Below are positions 8,733 through 16,916 of a stretch of DNA of 36,400 nucleotides, in pieces. Under the pieces are notes generated by a model that saw nothing but the letters and a program-made list of their open reading frames with translations, ran no database searches and had not been told where the DNA came from. The position numbers and the translations under genes are program-made. Positions within the stretch are counted from its first letter, which is position 1. The number at the start of each line of letters is the position of its first letter. The DNA lies in the IMG/VR virus record IMGVR_UViG_3300045988_172432, positions 1 to 36,400 of that record. One strand, given 5' to 3'. The stretch is from a virus.

Positions 8733-8925
8733 TTAAGTTGATGAGTTGATGAGTTTAAGAGTTAAGAGGGCGGTTTTATAAGTTGAGAAGTTTATAAGTT
8801 GAAAGTTAAGCGGTCGCTTTTAAGAGTTGGGCAAGCAGAGGTATCTTCTTAACTTTTCAACTCATAAACTCATCAACTTAAGAGTAACTTCTAAACTTTT
8901 CAACTTCTAAACTTTTCAACTTGAA
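8733..8925. repeat. PME copy B
   Basis: GTTAAGAGGGCGG..., then GTTAAGCGGTCGCTTTTAAGAGTTGGGCAAGCAGAGGTATCTTCTTAAC, with long 8-bp-unit arms. Confidence 0.9.
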
Positions 8926-8930
8926 AGTAA

Positions 8931-9029
8931 TAACTAAGTGCCGCACACAATAAGGGCGAAATCCATTACCGGGCATTTGGCACTTGTGCCTGTAAGCCTC
9001 CCACGAGTTGGGGGGCTTTTTTTGTTTTT
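8931..9029 (+). ncRNA. Candidate small structured RNA ending in an intrinsic terminator
   Basis: Unique ~100-nt segment between PME B and C. It has an inverted repeat AAGTGCC (8936-8942) / GGCACTT (8979-8985) and a terminal terminator hairpin. Confidence 0.25.
8996..9029 (+). terminator. Rho-independent terminator, plus strand
   Basis: GCCTCCC...GGGGGGC stem (8996-9016) followed by TTTTTTTGTTTTT. Confidence 0.65.
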
Positions 9030-9030
9030 A

Positions 9031-9146
9031 GAGTTGAAGGGGAGTAAAGTTGAAAAGTTGAGGAGTTGAGAAGTTAAGAGGAATGTTTTAGCGGTTGAAC
9101 TCGCAGAGGTAACCTCTTAACTTTTCAACTCCTAAACTTCTCAACT
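9031..9146. repeat. PME copy C
   Basis: GTTAAGAGGAATGTTTTAGCGGTTGAACTCGCAGAGGTAACCTCTTAAC with 8-bp-unit arms. Confidence 0.9.
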
Positions 9147-9155
9147 ATGAAAGCT

Positions 9156-9887
9156 TCAAAGCTTCAAAGCTTTCATCTCTTCTGCCTTGGCGTCGAGTTC
9201 GGTCAGCGCGTCGAGGGTGGGCGTGCTGAGCACGGCCGGTTGCTTGGTGATGTCGCCGCCTGTCAGAGCGCGCAGACAAGTAATCATCACCGCGCGCGGG
9301 TCGGGCGGCGTGCTGTCGGGGTCGGCCGAGCCGGGCGCGCCGAACAGGTGGGGGAACAGGCCCGTATACTGCGCCTTGAGCCCCACGAGCCACATGAGCA
9401 GCATCACGCGGTGCGCGTTGTCAAAGTCCGCCCCCGTGGTGCCGGGGTAGAGCGCCATGCCTATGGCGTCGAGAGCTTCGGGGCTTTGCACCTTGAGGTA
9501 GCCCTGGTAGTAGTTCTCCACCTCAAGGTAGGTGCGGAATGGCACCCCGTCGAGCATGGCGTCCACCGCGGCATGGCCTGCAATGTGGCTCATGCGCGAC
9601 GGTTCGGCGGGCGGCTGGGCTATAAAGTCCACCAGGGGCATGAGTTCTGCAATGTCGCCCTTAAGCTGGAGCAACACGCGGTGGCTCTGGCCGATGATGC
9701 GTGCCAGGAACAAGGCCTGCATCTCGTCGGGTGTCCATTCGCCTTGAGCCATCAGCGCACACAGGTAGTGGCGTTGCTCGTTGGTAAGGGCCAGCCACGA
9801 CTGCGGAATGTGAGCCTTAATAGAGGACTTCACCCTTTTAGCCGGATTATCCGAAAAAGAAGGAGGGGTCGGTTTGCTTGTTTTCAT
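9156..9887 (-). CDS. Hypothetical virion-module protein (243 aa)
   Basis: ORF in an operon with the putative portal. Its stop lies within the palindrome ATGAAAGCTT...AAGCTTTCAT (9147-9176). Confidence 0.6.
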   Translation of the reverse strand: MKTSKPTPPSFSDNPAKRVKSSIKAHIPQSWLALTNEQRHYLCALMAQGEWTPDEMQALFLARIIGQSHRVLLQLKGDIAELMPLVDFIAQPPAEPSRMSHIAGHAAVDAMLDGVPFRTYLEVENYYQGYLKVQSPEALDAIGMALYPGTTGADFDNAHRVMLLMWLVGLKAQYTGLFPHLFGAPGSADPDSTPPDPRAVMITCLRALTGGDITKQPAVLSTPTLDALTELDAKAEEMKALKL

Positions 9888-10701
9888 ACTGTGTGGTGTG
9901 TCGTGCTTGGTAAGTGGGGCTCAGCCTGTACTCGTCCAGCTGGTCGGCGTGCGCCTCAATAAAGTTGATGATGTGGCGTGTGTGGGTGGCCATGCCCGGC
10001 CCTTGCATCACGTGCGCCGCCATGAGCCTGCGTGCCATGGTCAGTGCCTCGGCGTAGGCCGCGGGCGTGGTGTCGGGCGTGAGGTCGGCGTCGGCCTCAT
10101 ACTGGTGGCCCACAAGTGCGGCATAGAGTTCGGGCGAGATGGCGTCCACCACACGGGCCGAAGCCGCGTGCAGCGCGGTGGCCATGGCTTCGAACTCCTC
10201 GCGCAGCACCTCGCGGCCGTCGGGGGTGCGTATGCCGTAGAGGGTGCACAGCGTGGGCGTCCAGAGCAGGGAGTCGGCCCGCGAGCGGCGCATGGTCATG
10301 AGGTTGTGGGCCGCCAGGTAGCTGAGCACGCCGTCCTCAAGCCGGCAAGCATCGCGGCGCAGCTGCAGGCGCAGGGCGTCCACACGCTCGCGGCTGGCGG
10401 GGGCGGTGTTCTGGTTGCTCACAATGCCAAAGCCTGTGGGCGTGAGCACGAGGTCCATTTGCGGCACGGCATCATAGGCCGCGCGCAGGCAGATGGCCGT
10501 GACAAGGCTGGCGGCCACATGGTCGGGCAGCGTGGCGTCGGTGGTGATGAGGGCCTGCCAGCTATCGGTGCAGCCCTGCACATAGCGCTGCACCTTGTTC
10601 CACACCTCGGGCGTGGGCGAGCGGAAGGCCGGCACGGCGCGCTCAAAGTCGGTGCGTTCAATTATTATCTCCATTGGCTGTAACTTTTTTCGCGTCGGCA
10701 T
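9847..10701 (-). CDS. Hypothetical virion-module protein (284 aa; alternative start ATG 10674)
   Basis: ORF overlapping the end of the putative portal gene. Both ATG 10701 and ATG 10674 are possible starts. Confidence 0.6.
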   Translation of the reverse strand: MPTRKKLQPMEIIIERTDFERAVPAFRSPTPEVWNKVQRYVQGCTDSWQALITTDATLPDHVAASLVTAICLRAAYDAVPQMDLVLTPTGFGIVSNQNTAPASRERVDALRLQLRRDACRLEDGVLSYLAAHNLMTMRRSRADSLLWTPTLCTLYGIRTPDGREVLREEFEAMATALHAASARVVDAISPELYAALVGHQYEADADLTPDTTPAAYAEALTMARRLMAAHVMQGPGMATHTRHIINFIEAHADQLDEYRLSPTYQARHTTQYENKQTDPSFFFG

Positions 10702-12001
10702 GTTCGTCGAGCGTGGTGAGTTGTATCATCGGGATTGTTGGCTCAATGTGCCCCCACTGGTTGTACCACAACACCATGTTTATAGGCGTGAGCAGCATGT
10801 CGTGGAAGGCTATCTCGAGAGCCTGCTTCATGGTAAAGAGTTCGCGTTTGTCGGAGCCCGAGTTGTTAGTCTGCGTTTTGCCCGGCACAGCCCCCACCAG
10901 GTTGGGGTGCACATTGTCGGCATAGCAAATGGTGTTGGCAGCGGCCTGCACGTCCTCGTTCCAGTCGCCGCCCTCCTTGGCCCCCTCTATGTTGACGATG
11001 CGAATGTCGCGCACCTCATGGCCGTCGGGGTTCACATAGTAGCCGCTAATCCACGCCTTGCCAGAGTTCTCCACACCGCACAGAAAGTCCTTGATGTTCT
11101 GCTTCTCGCGTGTGACGCGTTTCTGCATCTCCACGGGGTCGGTAATGTTCTCCTCCATGCAGATGCGCTGCCAGTAGGAGCGTTCAATCTCAATTTGGTA
11201 CTTCACGCTTGTGGTGTTGCGCAGTTTGGCCCGCTTGCCGGTGCTTATGAGGCGTTTCTCGTCGTAGGAGCCGCCGCGCAGCACGGCACTCCAGTAGGGC
11301 ACGGGGTAGTACTGCGCGCCCGCTGTGGGGAAACGCATGACCACGGCAAACTTGCGCGTGCGTGTTGGCGTGCGGCCTGTGGGCTGGTGCGTGTCGGGGT
11401 CGATGGCAAGGCGGCGGCACAAGTCGGCGTAGGGGTCGGCGAGCGATAGCAACTCTATGCGTTCCACGCCGTTGATGCCCTCCTGCCAGTCCTGCCAGTT
11501 GGCGTAGTACAGGTGGTTGATGCGTCCGCGGCGGTCGGCCTTTTCGAGGCGGCAGTGGCAAGCCTCCTTGTGCACAAGGCGGTTGATGCGGCGGCCGTCG
11601 CGTGAGAGTATGATGACGGCCACGGAGAAGTAAAAGTACTTCATGTCCGTCATTTGGTCGAGCATGTAGGCCGGCATGTTCTGCCTTCTGAGCCATGCGC
11701 GCACCTCGGGGTCGGTGGTGGGTTCATGGGTGGTGGAGTCGGTGAGCCTGAGTCCTGCGCCGTAGCATGTGAGCACGTTAAAGAGTTTGTTCTGTGCCGT
11801 CACCTCGTCTGATGCCACAAGGCGCACAAGGTCGTAGGGCAGCTGGTTGTCGGAGCCGTAGGGCACGTAAGCCTCATTGGGGTATCCCGGCACGGGGCGT
11901 GTGACGATGGTGCCGCCCGGGGTGTCGAACACGGAGGTGGTGTCCTCCACCTCGGCCATGACGGCGGCAAATTGGGTTTGGGGAATGGCGAAGAATTCCA
12001 T
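10658..12001 (-). CDS. Putative portal protein (447 aa)
   Basis: The size and the N-terminal YGSDNQLPYDLVRLVASDEVTAQNKLF...GAG segment resemble portal proteins of Bacteroidota phages as I recall them. No other portal-sized candidate exists. Confidence 0.5.
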   Translation of the reverse strand: MEFFAIPQTQFAAVMAEVEDTTSVFDTPGGTIVTRPVPGYPNEAYVPYGSDNQLPYDLVRLVASDEVTAQNKLFNVLTCYGAGLRLTDSTTHEPTTDPEVRAWLRRQNMPAYMLDQMTDMKYFYFSVAVIILSRDGRRINRLVHKEACHCRLEKADRRGRINHLYYANWQDWQEGINGVERIELLSLADPYADLCRRLAIDPDTHQPTGRTPTRTRKFAVVMRFPTAGAQYYPVPYWSAVLRGGSYDEKRLISTGKRAKLRNTTSVKYQIEIERSYWQRICMEENITDPVEMQKRVTREKQNIKDFLCGVENSGKAWISGYYVNPDGHEVRDIRIVNIEGAKEGGDWNEDVQAAANTICYADNVHPNLVGAVPGKTQTNNSGSDKRELFTMKQALEIAFHDMLLTPINMVLWYNQWGHIEPTIPMIQLTTLDEHADAKKVTANGDNN

Positions 12002-12015
12002 GGGAGGGAGGGGGG

Positions 12016-12172
12016 TTAAGTTTATAAGTTGAAGAGTTGAAAAGTTAAGAGGAATGTCAAGGGCGGGGGAAGGTTTATAAGTTGAGGAGTTGAAAAGTTA
12101 AGAGGTCGCTTTTAAGAGTCGAACTCGCAGAGGTGTCTTCTTAACTTCTCAACTCTTAAACTCATCAACTTA
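12016..12172. repeat. PME copy D
   Basis: Outer GTTAAGAGGAATGTC variant plus GTTAAGAGGTCGCTTTTAAGAGTCGAACTCGCAGAGGTGTCTTCTTAAC. It abuts the stop of the upstream gene. Confidence 0.9.
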
Positions 12173-13255
12173 TAAAAACGTTTCGTCAAACGTGAGGTCG
12201 AACGTGCGCACGGACAGCGGCGTGAGCACCGACATCCCGCTCTGGCTCTCGCGCCATGTCAGCGTGGCCGAGTCGGCCGTGTTGTAGGCATTCGAGCCCT
12301 TCACCTCGGCGGCGGTTATGGTTACGGCCGAGTCGTCGTGCCACACATAACGCGCCGTGGCCACGTCCTTGAGCAGTGCCACATCGGCCGCGCTGAGTGC
12401 GCCCGTGGTAGCCTTGAACTCTGCCTGCGCCTCCACGTTGGCATTGTAGGCCGAGCCGCCCACCACCACCTGCGTGTAGGTGGGCTTCAGCGTTTCCTCC
12501 ACCTCGCCATATATATATAAGGTGTCGTTCAGGCCAAACACGTTGGTAAAGTCGAGCGTGGTGACGGGTGCGGCGTCCATGTCCCATGGGGCGAGGCGGT
12601 AGTGCATGGTGCGCTGGCCCACCGTCACGTCGTAGCCCACGGGCTGGCTTGTGCGGCCCGTGAGCGGGCCGAATTGCTCGAGGGCCACAATGTAGCCGGG
12701 CGATGTGTTGTAGCAGAGCAATTCGTCGTTGTACTCCTCGGCCCTGAACTCGGAGCCGATGCGGCTCGTCTCGCCCGTGGTGAGGTCCATATATGTGACG
12801 CGCACGCTCACGGGCCGCTCCAGCTTCCGCTCCTCGTCGGTCGGCAGCCACACGAGCCGCTCCTTGGCCAGCTTCGGCACCACCTTGCAGCCGCCGCCCG
12901 CCAGGGTGAGGAAGGAGCGCTGCACAAAGTCGGCCCCGTTGATGTAGAGCCGCTGGCGCAGTGGCATGATGCTCACGGTGGCCAGCAGCTGGCCGTCGGC
13001 CTCTATGCGCAGGCTGTTGAGCCATTTGCCTTGCTCCGCCCGGGCTGTGGCGTGTGTGCTGATCAGCCAGCCAAGGTCGTGCAGGGCAAAGTGGCCGCGG
13101 GTGTCGGGTGTGAGGCTGGTGTCGAGCACCTCGGCCGTGCCGAGCGTGAGCCTTATGCGGCAGGGTGTGCCGGAAGTGCCGCCGAGGAACTCGAGGTTCT
13201 GTATCTCGGTGGCAAATGCCAGGGTGGGCAGCGTGGTGGTGAGGCTGATGGGCAT
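12170..13255 (-). CDS. Hypothetical structural protein (361 aa)
   Basis: Long ORF bounded by PME copies on both sides. No recognisable motif. Confidence 0.6.
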   Translation of the reverse strand: MPISLTTTLPTLAFATEIQNLEFLGGTSGTPCRIRLTLGTAEVLDTSLTPDTRGHFALHDLGWLISTHATARAEQGKWLNSLRIEADGQLLATVSIMPLRQRLYINGADFVQRSFLTLAGGGCKVVPKLAKERLVWLPTDEERKLERPVSVRVTYMDLTTGETSRIGSEFRAEEYNDELLCYNTSPGYIVALEQFGPLTGRTSQPVGYDVTVGQRTMHYRLAPWDMDAAPVTTLDFTNVFGLNDTLYIYGEVEETLKPTYTQVVVGGSAYNANVEAQAEFKATTGALSAADVALLKDVATARYVWHDDSAVTITAAEVKGSNAYNTADSATLTWRESQSGMSVLTPLSVRTFDLTFDETFL

Positions 13256-13269
13256 GGGGGTGGGGGGAT

Positions 13270-13312
13270 TTTAAGTTTATGAGTTGAAAAGTTGAAAAGT
13301 TAAGAGGAATGC
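13270..13312. repeat. PME copy E (left-arm-only half element)
   Basis: TTAAGTTTATGAGTTGAAAAGTTGAAAAGTTAAGAGGAATG. It is followed by an unrelated inverted repeat (13314-13364). Confidence 0.8.
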
Positions 13313-13404
13313 CAAAGTTTCAAATTTCGGATTTAGCAAGGGCGGGCAGAAGGCCCGAAACTTTCCAAACCTTAAAAGAGTGGAAAGTTTTCCCGTTACC
13401 CCCT

Positions 13405-13872
13405 TTAGTGGTAGCGTTTCTTCACATACACGCAAAGCAACACGAGCGCTGCCAGCACGATGAGCAGCTTGAGGGGGAAATTCGACCGATTTTGTCGAAT
13501 TTGGGCCTTGGCGGGCTTGTCGGTTGTGACGATGGTGTCGTGCCTAATGGCAGTGCGCCACAGCGTGTCGTGCTGCAGAATTACGCGGTTACGAATTATG
13601 TGGCGCGTTTTTTCGACATATACGGTGTCGCCCCGCTGCCACCTGGTGAGGCTCACCGAGTCGGCCACCACAACAGAGTCGAGCCTCACGTGCCAGCGCT
13701 CCACCGTGTCGGTGGTGTGGGTGGTGCGGTTGGTGGTGATGTAGTGCACCTGCCTGCAGCTTGTGGCCGTTATGGCAAGCAGGGCGAGCAGTGCCGCCAT
13801 GAGGGCCATGCGGCCAAGGGCCACGAGAGTGAGCCGCCTTAATGGGTTACGGTGTGGGGTGTGGGGTGTCAT
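13405..13872 (-). CDS. Candidate unimolecular spanin-like lysis protein (155 aa)
   Basis: Start ATG 13870-13872 overlaps the amidase stop (ATGA). N-terminal signal with lipobox-like LLAITATSC. C-terminal hydrophobic helix LLIVLAALVLLCVYV. Confidence 0.45.
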   Translation of the reverse strand: MTPHTPHRNPLRRLTLVALGRMALMAALLALLAITATSCRQVHYITTNRTTHTTDTVERWHVRLDSVVVADSVSLTRWQRGDTVYVEKTRHIIRNRVILQHDTLWRTAIRHDTIVTTDKPAKAQIRQNRSNFPLKLLIVLAALVLLCVYVKKRYH

Positions 13873-14297
13873 AGGTCGGCATATTCGGCCCTGGCGTCGA
13901 ACGATGGGCACGCCTTGCCGGGGTTAAGGTTGTGGTGGCCCACGATGCGGGCCTTGGGGTACTTGCGGCGCAGGCGGTGGAGCAGTGCGCCAAGGGCGGC
14001 CACTTGTGCCGTGGTGCGCGTGTCCTCGGGGCGGCGGCCTTGGGCGTCGAGCCCTCCCACGTAGCACACGCCCAGGCTCTGGTGGTTGTAGCCCTTGCAG
14101 TGTGCGCCCTGTACGGTTTCGGGGCGGCCCGTCTCGATGGTGCCGTCGAGGCGCACAAGGTAGTGGTAGCCTATCATGTCCCAGCCCTGCTGGCGGTGCC
14201 AGTGGTCCACGTCGGCGGCGGTGAAGTCCTTGCCGCGGGCGGTGGCCGTGCAGTGTACTATGAGGTACTTGATGTTTCGGGGGAAAAGTGTTGCCAT
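13869..14297 (-). CDS. N-acetylmuramoyl-L-alanine amidase endolysin (Amidase_2/PGRP type, 142 aa)
   Basis: IVHCTAT...DVDHWHRQQGW..IGYHYLV..DGTIETGRP...GAHCKGYN..SLGVCYVGG motif pattern, typical of T7-lysozyme-like amidases. Confidence 0.85.
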   Translation of the reverse strand: MATLFPRNIKYLIVHCTATARGKDFTAADVDHWHRQQGWDMIGYHYLVRLDGTIETGRPETVQGAHCKGYNHQSLGVCYVGGLDAQGRRPEDTRTTAQVAALGALLHRLRRKYPKARIVGHHNLNPGKACPSFDARAEYADL

Positions 14298-14299
14298 GA

Positions 14300-14546
14300 T
14301 GTTGAGTTTAGAAGTTGAGAAGTTGAGAAGTTAAGAGGAATGTCGGGCTTGGAGGGATTTAAGTTGAGAAGTTGAAGAGTTGAAAAGTTAAGAGGGCACT
14401 TTTAAGAGTTGAGGAGTTGAGAAGTTGAGAAGTTAAGAGGGCACTTTTAAGAGTTGGGCATGCAGAGGTGACCTCTTAACTTTTCAACTCTTAAACTTTT
14501 CAACTTAGCATTCCTCTTAACTTTTCAACTCATAAACTTTTCAACT
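14300..14546. repeat. PME copy F (largest, doubly nested)
   Basis: The outer pair AAGTTAAGAGGAATG (14329-14343) / CATTCCTCTTAACTT (14508-14522) encloses two GTTAAGAGGGCACTTTTAAGAGTT cores and GCAGAGGTGACCTCTTAAC. Confidence 0.9.
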
Positions 14547-14778
14547 AACTTCGCTTGTTGATTTCTTCTTTCAGTTCGGTGAACTTGCTTTGCACGTAGA
14601 TGCTCACGCCGAATATGGAGCCGGCATAAATGAGGCATTGGGCAAAGAACCACAGCACCGAGTCGCTGATTTCGCCCACCGGGGGCACCAGGAACCCCGC
14701 CACGCTCAGTGCCACACCCGCCAGGAGCATGGCCAGCGCCGAGTAAACTTGGTATTTCGTACGGTCTTCTTTGGTCAT
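14545..14778 (-). CDS. Holin-like small membrane protein (77 aa, two predicted TM helices)
   Basis: Two hydrophobic segments and a charged C-terminus. One PME away from the amidase gene. Confidence 0.45.
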   Translation of the reverse strand: MTKEDRTKYQVYSALAMLLAGVALSVAGFLVPPVGEISDSVLWFFAQCLIYAGSIFGVSIYVQSKFTELKEEINKRS

Positions 14779-14786
14779 AGGGAATA

Positions 14787-14926
14787 AAAGTTGAGGAGTT
14801 GAAAAGTTGAGAAGTTAAGAGGGCGCTTTTAAGAGTTGAGAAGTTGAGAAGTTAAGAGGGCGCTTTTAAGAGTCGAACTCGTAGAGGTGACTTCTTAACT
14901 TTTCAACTTTTCAACTTTTCAACTTA
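14787..14926. repeat. PME copy G
   Basis: Two GTTAAGAGGGCGCTTTTAAGAGT cores, then CGAACTCGTAGAGGTGACTTCTTAAC, then TTTTCAAC x3. Confidence 0.9.
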
Positions 14927-14959
14927 AAAGCCCAACTTCAGGAACTGAAGTTGGCTTTT
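14926..14959 (-). terminator. Intrinsic terminator-like hairpin embedding the stop codon of the 457-aa gene
   Basis: 11-bp stem with one bulge (14930-14941 / 14945-14955). On the minus strand it is followed by UUUUAAGUU. Confidence 0.55.
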
Positions 14960-16311
14960 ATCTTGTCCAGCATCGCCTTGTCGTCGGTGCTCATGATGTA
15001 GGGCGCGGTACTCATGAGTGTCGTGAGGCCGCCCGAGCCTTTGTAGGCAATGGCATAGCCCTTGGTCAGAGTCCAGAAGTGCATCGCGGTGCCCTGTTGC
15101 ACTCTGTTGTACAACGCGAGCGGCTCCATGCCGGCAATGGTCTTGAAGTCGTAGCGCTGCAGTGCGCCGTTAGAGCTGCTGCCGCTCTTGATGCGTCGGC
15201 CGAACCATATAATGAACTTTTGCGCGGGCACACCGTAGGCACCCTGCGTTTGGTACACCTCGATAGGGTCGCCCGCCTGGTAGGTGGTGAGTCCGGCGTT
15301 GTTAAAGTCGGCGAGGCTCACCTCCTCGCCCATTACGTCGGAGAGCGTTTCCAACACCTTTTCGCCCCCGAGGGTGCGGAACTCCCACTTTTTGCCGCCG
15401 TTCAGGCTCTCTTGCTTTATGCCTTTGTTCAGCGCGGCAAGCTGCGTGGCCTGTGCGGCTGTCATGACGCCCGCCTTGGCGCTTGTGGCCTGTGAGATTC
15501 TGAGCTCTCTCGTGCCGCCCGTGGTAAATATGGGGGTCACAATCTTAACCTCTGTGGCGGTGGAGTTCTGTTCGAACAGGTTGAAACTGTCGAGCCTCTT
15601 GTAAATGTCGTAGCGCAAGAGCCCCGTGGCGCCCGTCCATGCGTTGGGCAGCTGCACCTGGCTGTAGGCAGTCTCTGAGGTGTCGTTGGTGGCCCCCCAG
15701 TGCTTGAAGCGCAGGAACTGGTTGCGGTCGCCATGCTGGTATATCCAAAGTTTGCTGCTGAGTATGGTGCGCGTGTTGTTGGTCGTGCCCTCAGAGTACA
15801 CATAGGTGCCGGCGTGGCCCGAGTATGACGTTTGCCGCTGCGGCTGCAGGGGCTGCCATGGCTGCCACTTGGTGCCGTTAAAGTAGCGCACTATCACGTT
15901 GCGCGTCGAAGCCGTGTCGTTGATTGAGGCCAGCGCGGTGCCCTGGGTGTTGAGGGTGAAAGCCCCCACCGCTATCTGCACATAGCGCTTGGTGTCCTTC
16001 ACGAGCACGCCAAAGTAGGTGAGCACCGGTATGCCGAAGCACTTGAATCTGTGCAGGCCCTGCGGGGAGTCCGCGTTCATGCCGTCGAGCGCGGCGTTGA
16101 GTGCGTCGAGGGTGGTCAGGGTGTCGTGGGTGGTGAGCCACTGGTTCAGGCTCTGCGCTATGGGGTTGGCGGCGCTGGCTGTGGCGTCGGTGTCGGCCAT
16201 GGCCAGGCACATGTTGTAAAGCAGTGTGCCCACACGGTTGGCGGTGTTGGCGTAGCGTGCCTTTTCGTCGCGTATGCTGGCGGCCGTGGAGCTTAGTTGG
16301 TCGAAGTTCAT
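14938..16311 (-). CDS. Fiber-like / receptor-binding-like structural protein (457 aa)
   Basis: Beta-rich, Thr/Gly/Asn-rich sequence. The motifs AGVMTAAQATQLAAL and MSTDDKAMLDKI resemble the G-x-M-S/T-x-x-D/Q-K-x-x-L motif seen in phage fiber proteins (from memory). Confidence 0.45.
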   Translation of the reverse strand: MNFDQLSSTAASIRDEKARYANTANRVGTLLYNMCLAMADTDATASAANPIAQSLNQWLTTHDTLTTLDALNAALDGMNADSPQGLHRFKCFGIPVLTYFGVLVKDTKRYVQIAVGAFTLNTQGTALASINDTASTRNVIVRYFNGTKWQPWQPLQPQRQTSYSGHAGTYVYSEGTTNNTRTILSSKLWIYQHGDRNQFLRFKHWGATNDTSETAYSQVQLPNAWTGATGLLRYDIYKRLDSFNLFEQNSTATEVKIVTPIFTTGGTRELRISQATSAKAGVMTAAQATQLAALNKGIKQESLNGGKKWEFRTLGGEKVLETLSDVMGEEVSLADFNNAGLTTYQAGDPIEVYQTQGAYGVPAQKFIIWFGRRIKSGSSSNGALQRYDFKTIAGMEPLALYNRVQQGTAMHFWTLTKGYAIAYKGSGGLTTLMSTAPYIMSTDDKAMLDKIKANFSS

Positions 16312-16312
16312 G

Positions 16313-16426
16313 TTTAGGAGTTTATAATTATAAAGTTGATGAGTTGAAAAGTTAAGAGGTCGGTTTTATGAGTTGGGCAAGCAGTGGTAACCTCTGAACT
16401 TTTCAACTCTTAAACTTTTAGACTTT
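16313..16426. repeat. PME copy H
   Basis: GTTAAGAGGTCGGTTTTATGAGTTGGGCAAGCAGTGGTAACCTCTGAAC with arms. Confidence 0.9.
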
Positions 16427-16488
16427 ACAACATAGGGGGATAGTTTTAACGACATAGGGGGATAGTTTTTTCTTGCGCCCTATGTTGT
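16427..16488. repeat. Short iteron block: 2 x ACATAGGGGGATAGTTTT plus an inverted CCCTATGTTGT
   Basis: Near-identical (~55 bp) to 28374-28430 inside the large iteron array. T-tracts at 16444 and 16466 give a 22-bp period. Confidence 0.85.
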
Positions 16489-16493
16489 TTTAG

Positions 16494-16904
16494 CTATGGC
16501 TCGGGCGTGGCTGCTTTGCCGAACGTCATGCTGCGTGTGCGTGCATCGGCCGTGCCGAGCTTTTGCTGCATGGCGGCCGAGGGAGTGAAGCGCACACGCA
16601 GTTTTTTCACCTGCTTGGCGGTGACGAGTTCGGGGGCGTCCTCGCCATGGGTGGTGGTGCATGTGAGGCTGAATGAACCGAGGTCGCCCAGGCGCACGGA
16701 GTGGCCTGAGGTGAGGGCGTCGCCCACGGTTTGCTCCAGTGCCGAGAGCACGGCCTTGATGTCGGCGGCGTGCATGGTTGAGCGCTTGGCTATGCGGCTG
16801 GCCACCTCGCTGAGGGTAAGTGTGCCGCTCTGTACGATGACGGGGAAGTATACCTTTAACCCCGTTTTGGGGCTTTTGACTGATGATATTTTGTATTTTA
16901 TCAT
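16494..16904 (-). CDS. HU-like DNA-binding protein, Bacteroidota type (136 aa)
   Basis: LSEVASRIAKRSTMHAADIKAVLSALEQTVGDALTSGHSVRLGDLGSF fits the HU/IHF fold pattern with a Bacteroidota-type N-terminal extension. Paralog of the next gene. Confidence 0.7.
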   Translation of the reverse strand: MIKYKISSVKSPKTGLKVYFPVIVQSGTLTLSEVASRIAKRSTMHAADIKAVLSALEQTVGDALTSGHSVRLGDLGSFSLTCTTTHGEDAPELVTAKQVKKLRVRFTPSAAMQQKLGTADARTRSMTFGKAATPEP

Positions 16905-16916
16905 GGGGGTGGCGTT

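Noticed and set aside
9147-11449. Large plus-strand ORFs (9147-9962, 9874-10683, 10595-11449) opposite the portal-region genes
   Set aside because: They are Gly/Val/His/Arg-rich antisense shadows that tile exactly over longer minus-strand ORFs in an operon arrangement.
14300-14546. Reading the PME clusters as CRISPR arrays
   Set aside because: There are no fixed-length identical repeats separated by unique spacers. The repeats are 8-bp degenerate units arranged as inverted arms. The copies are dispersed and no cas genes are present.
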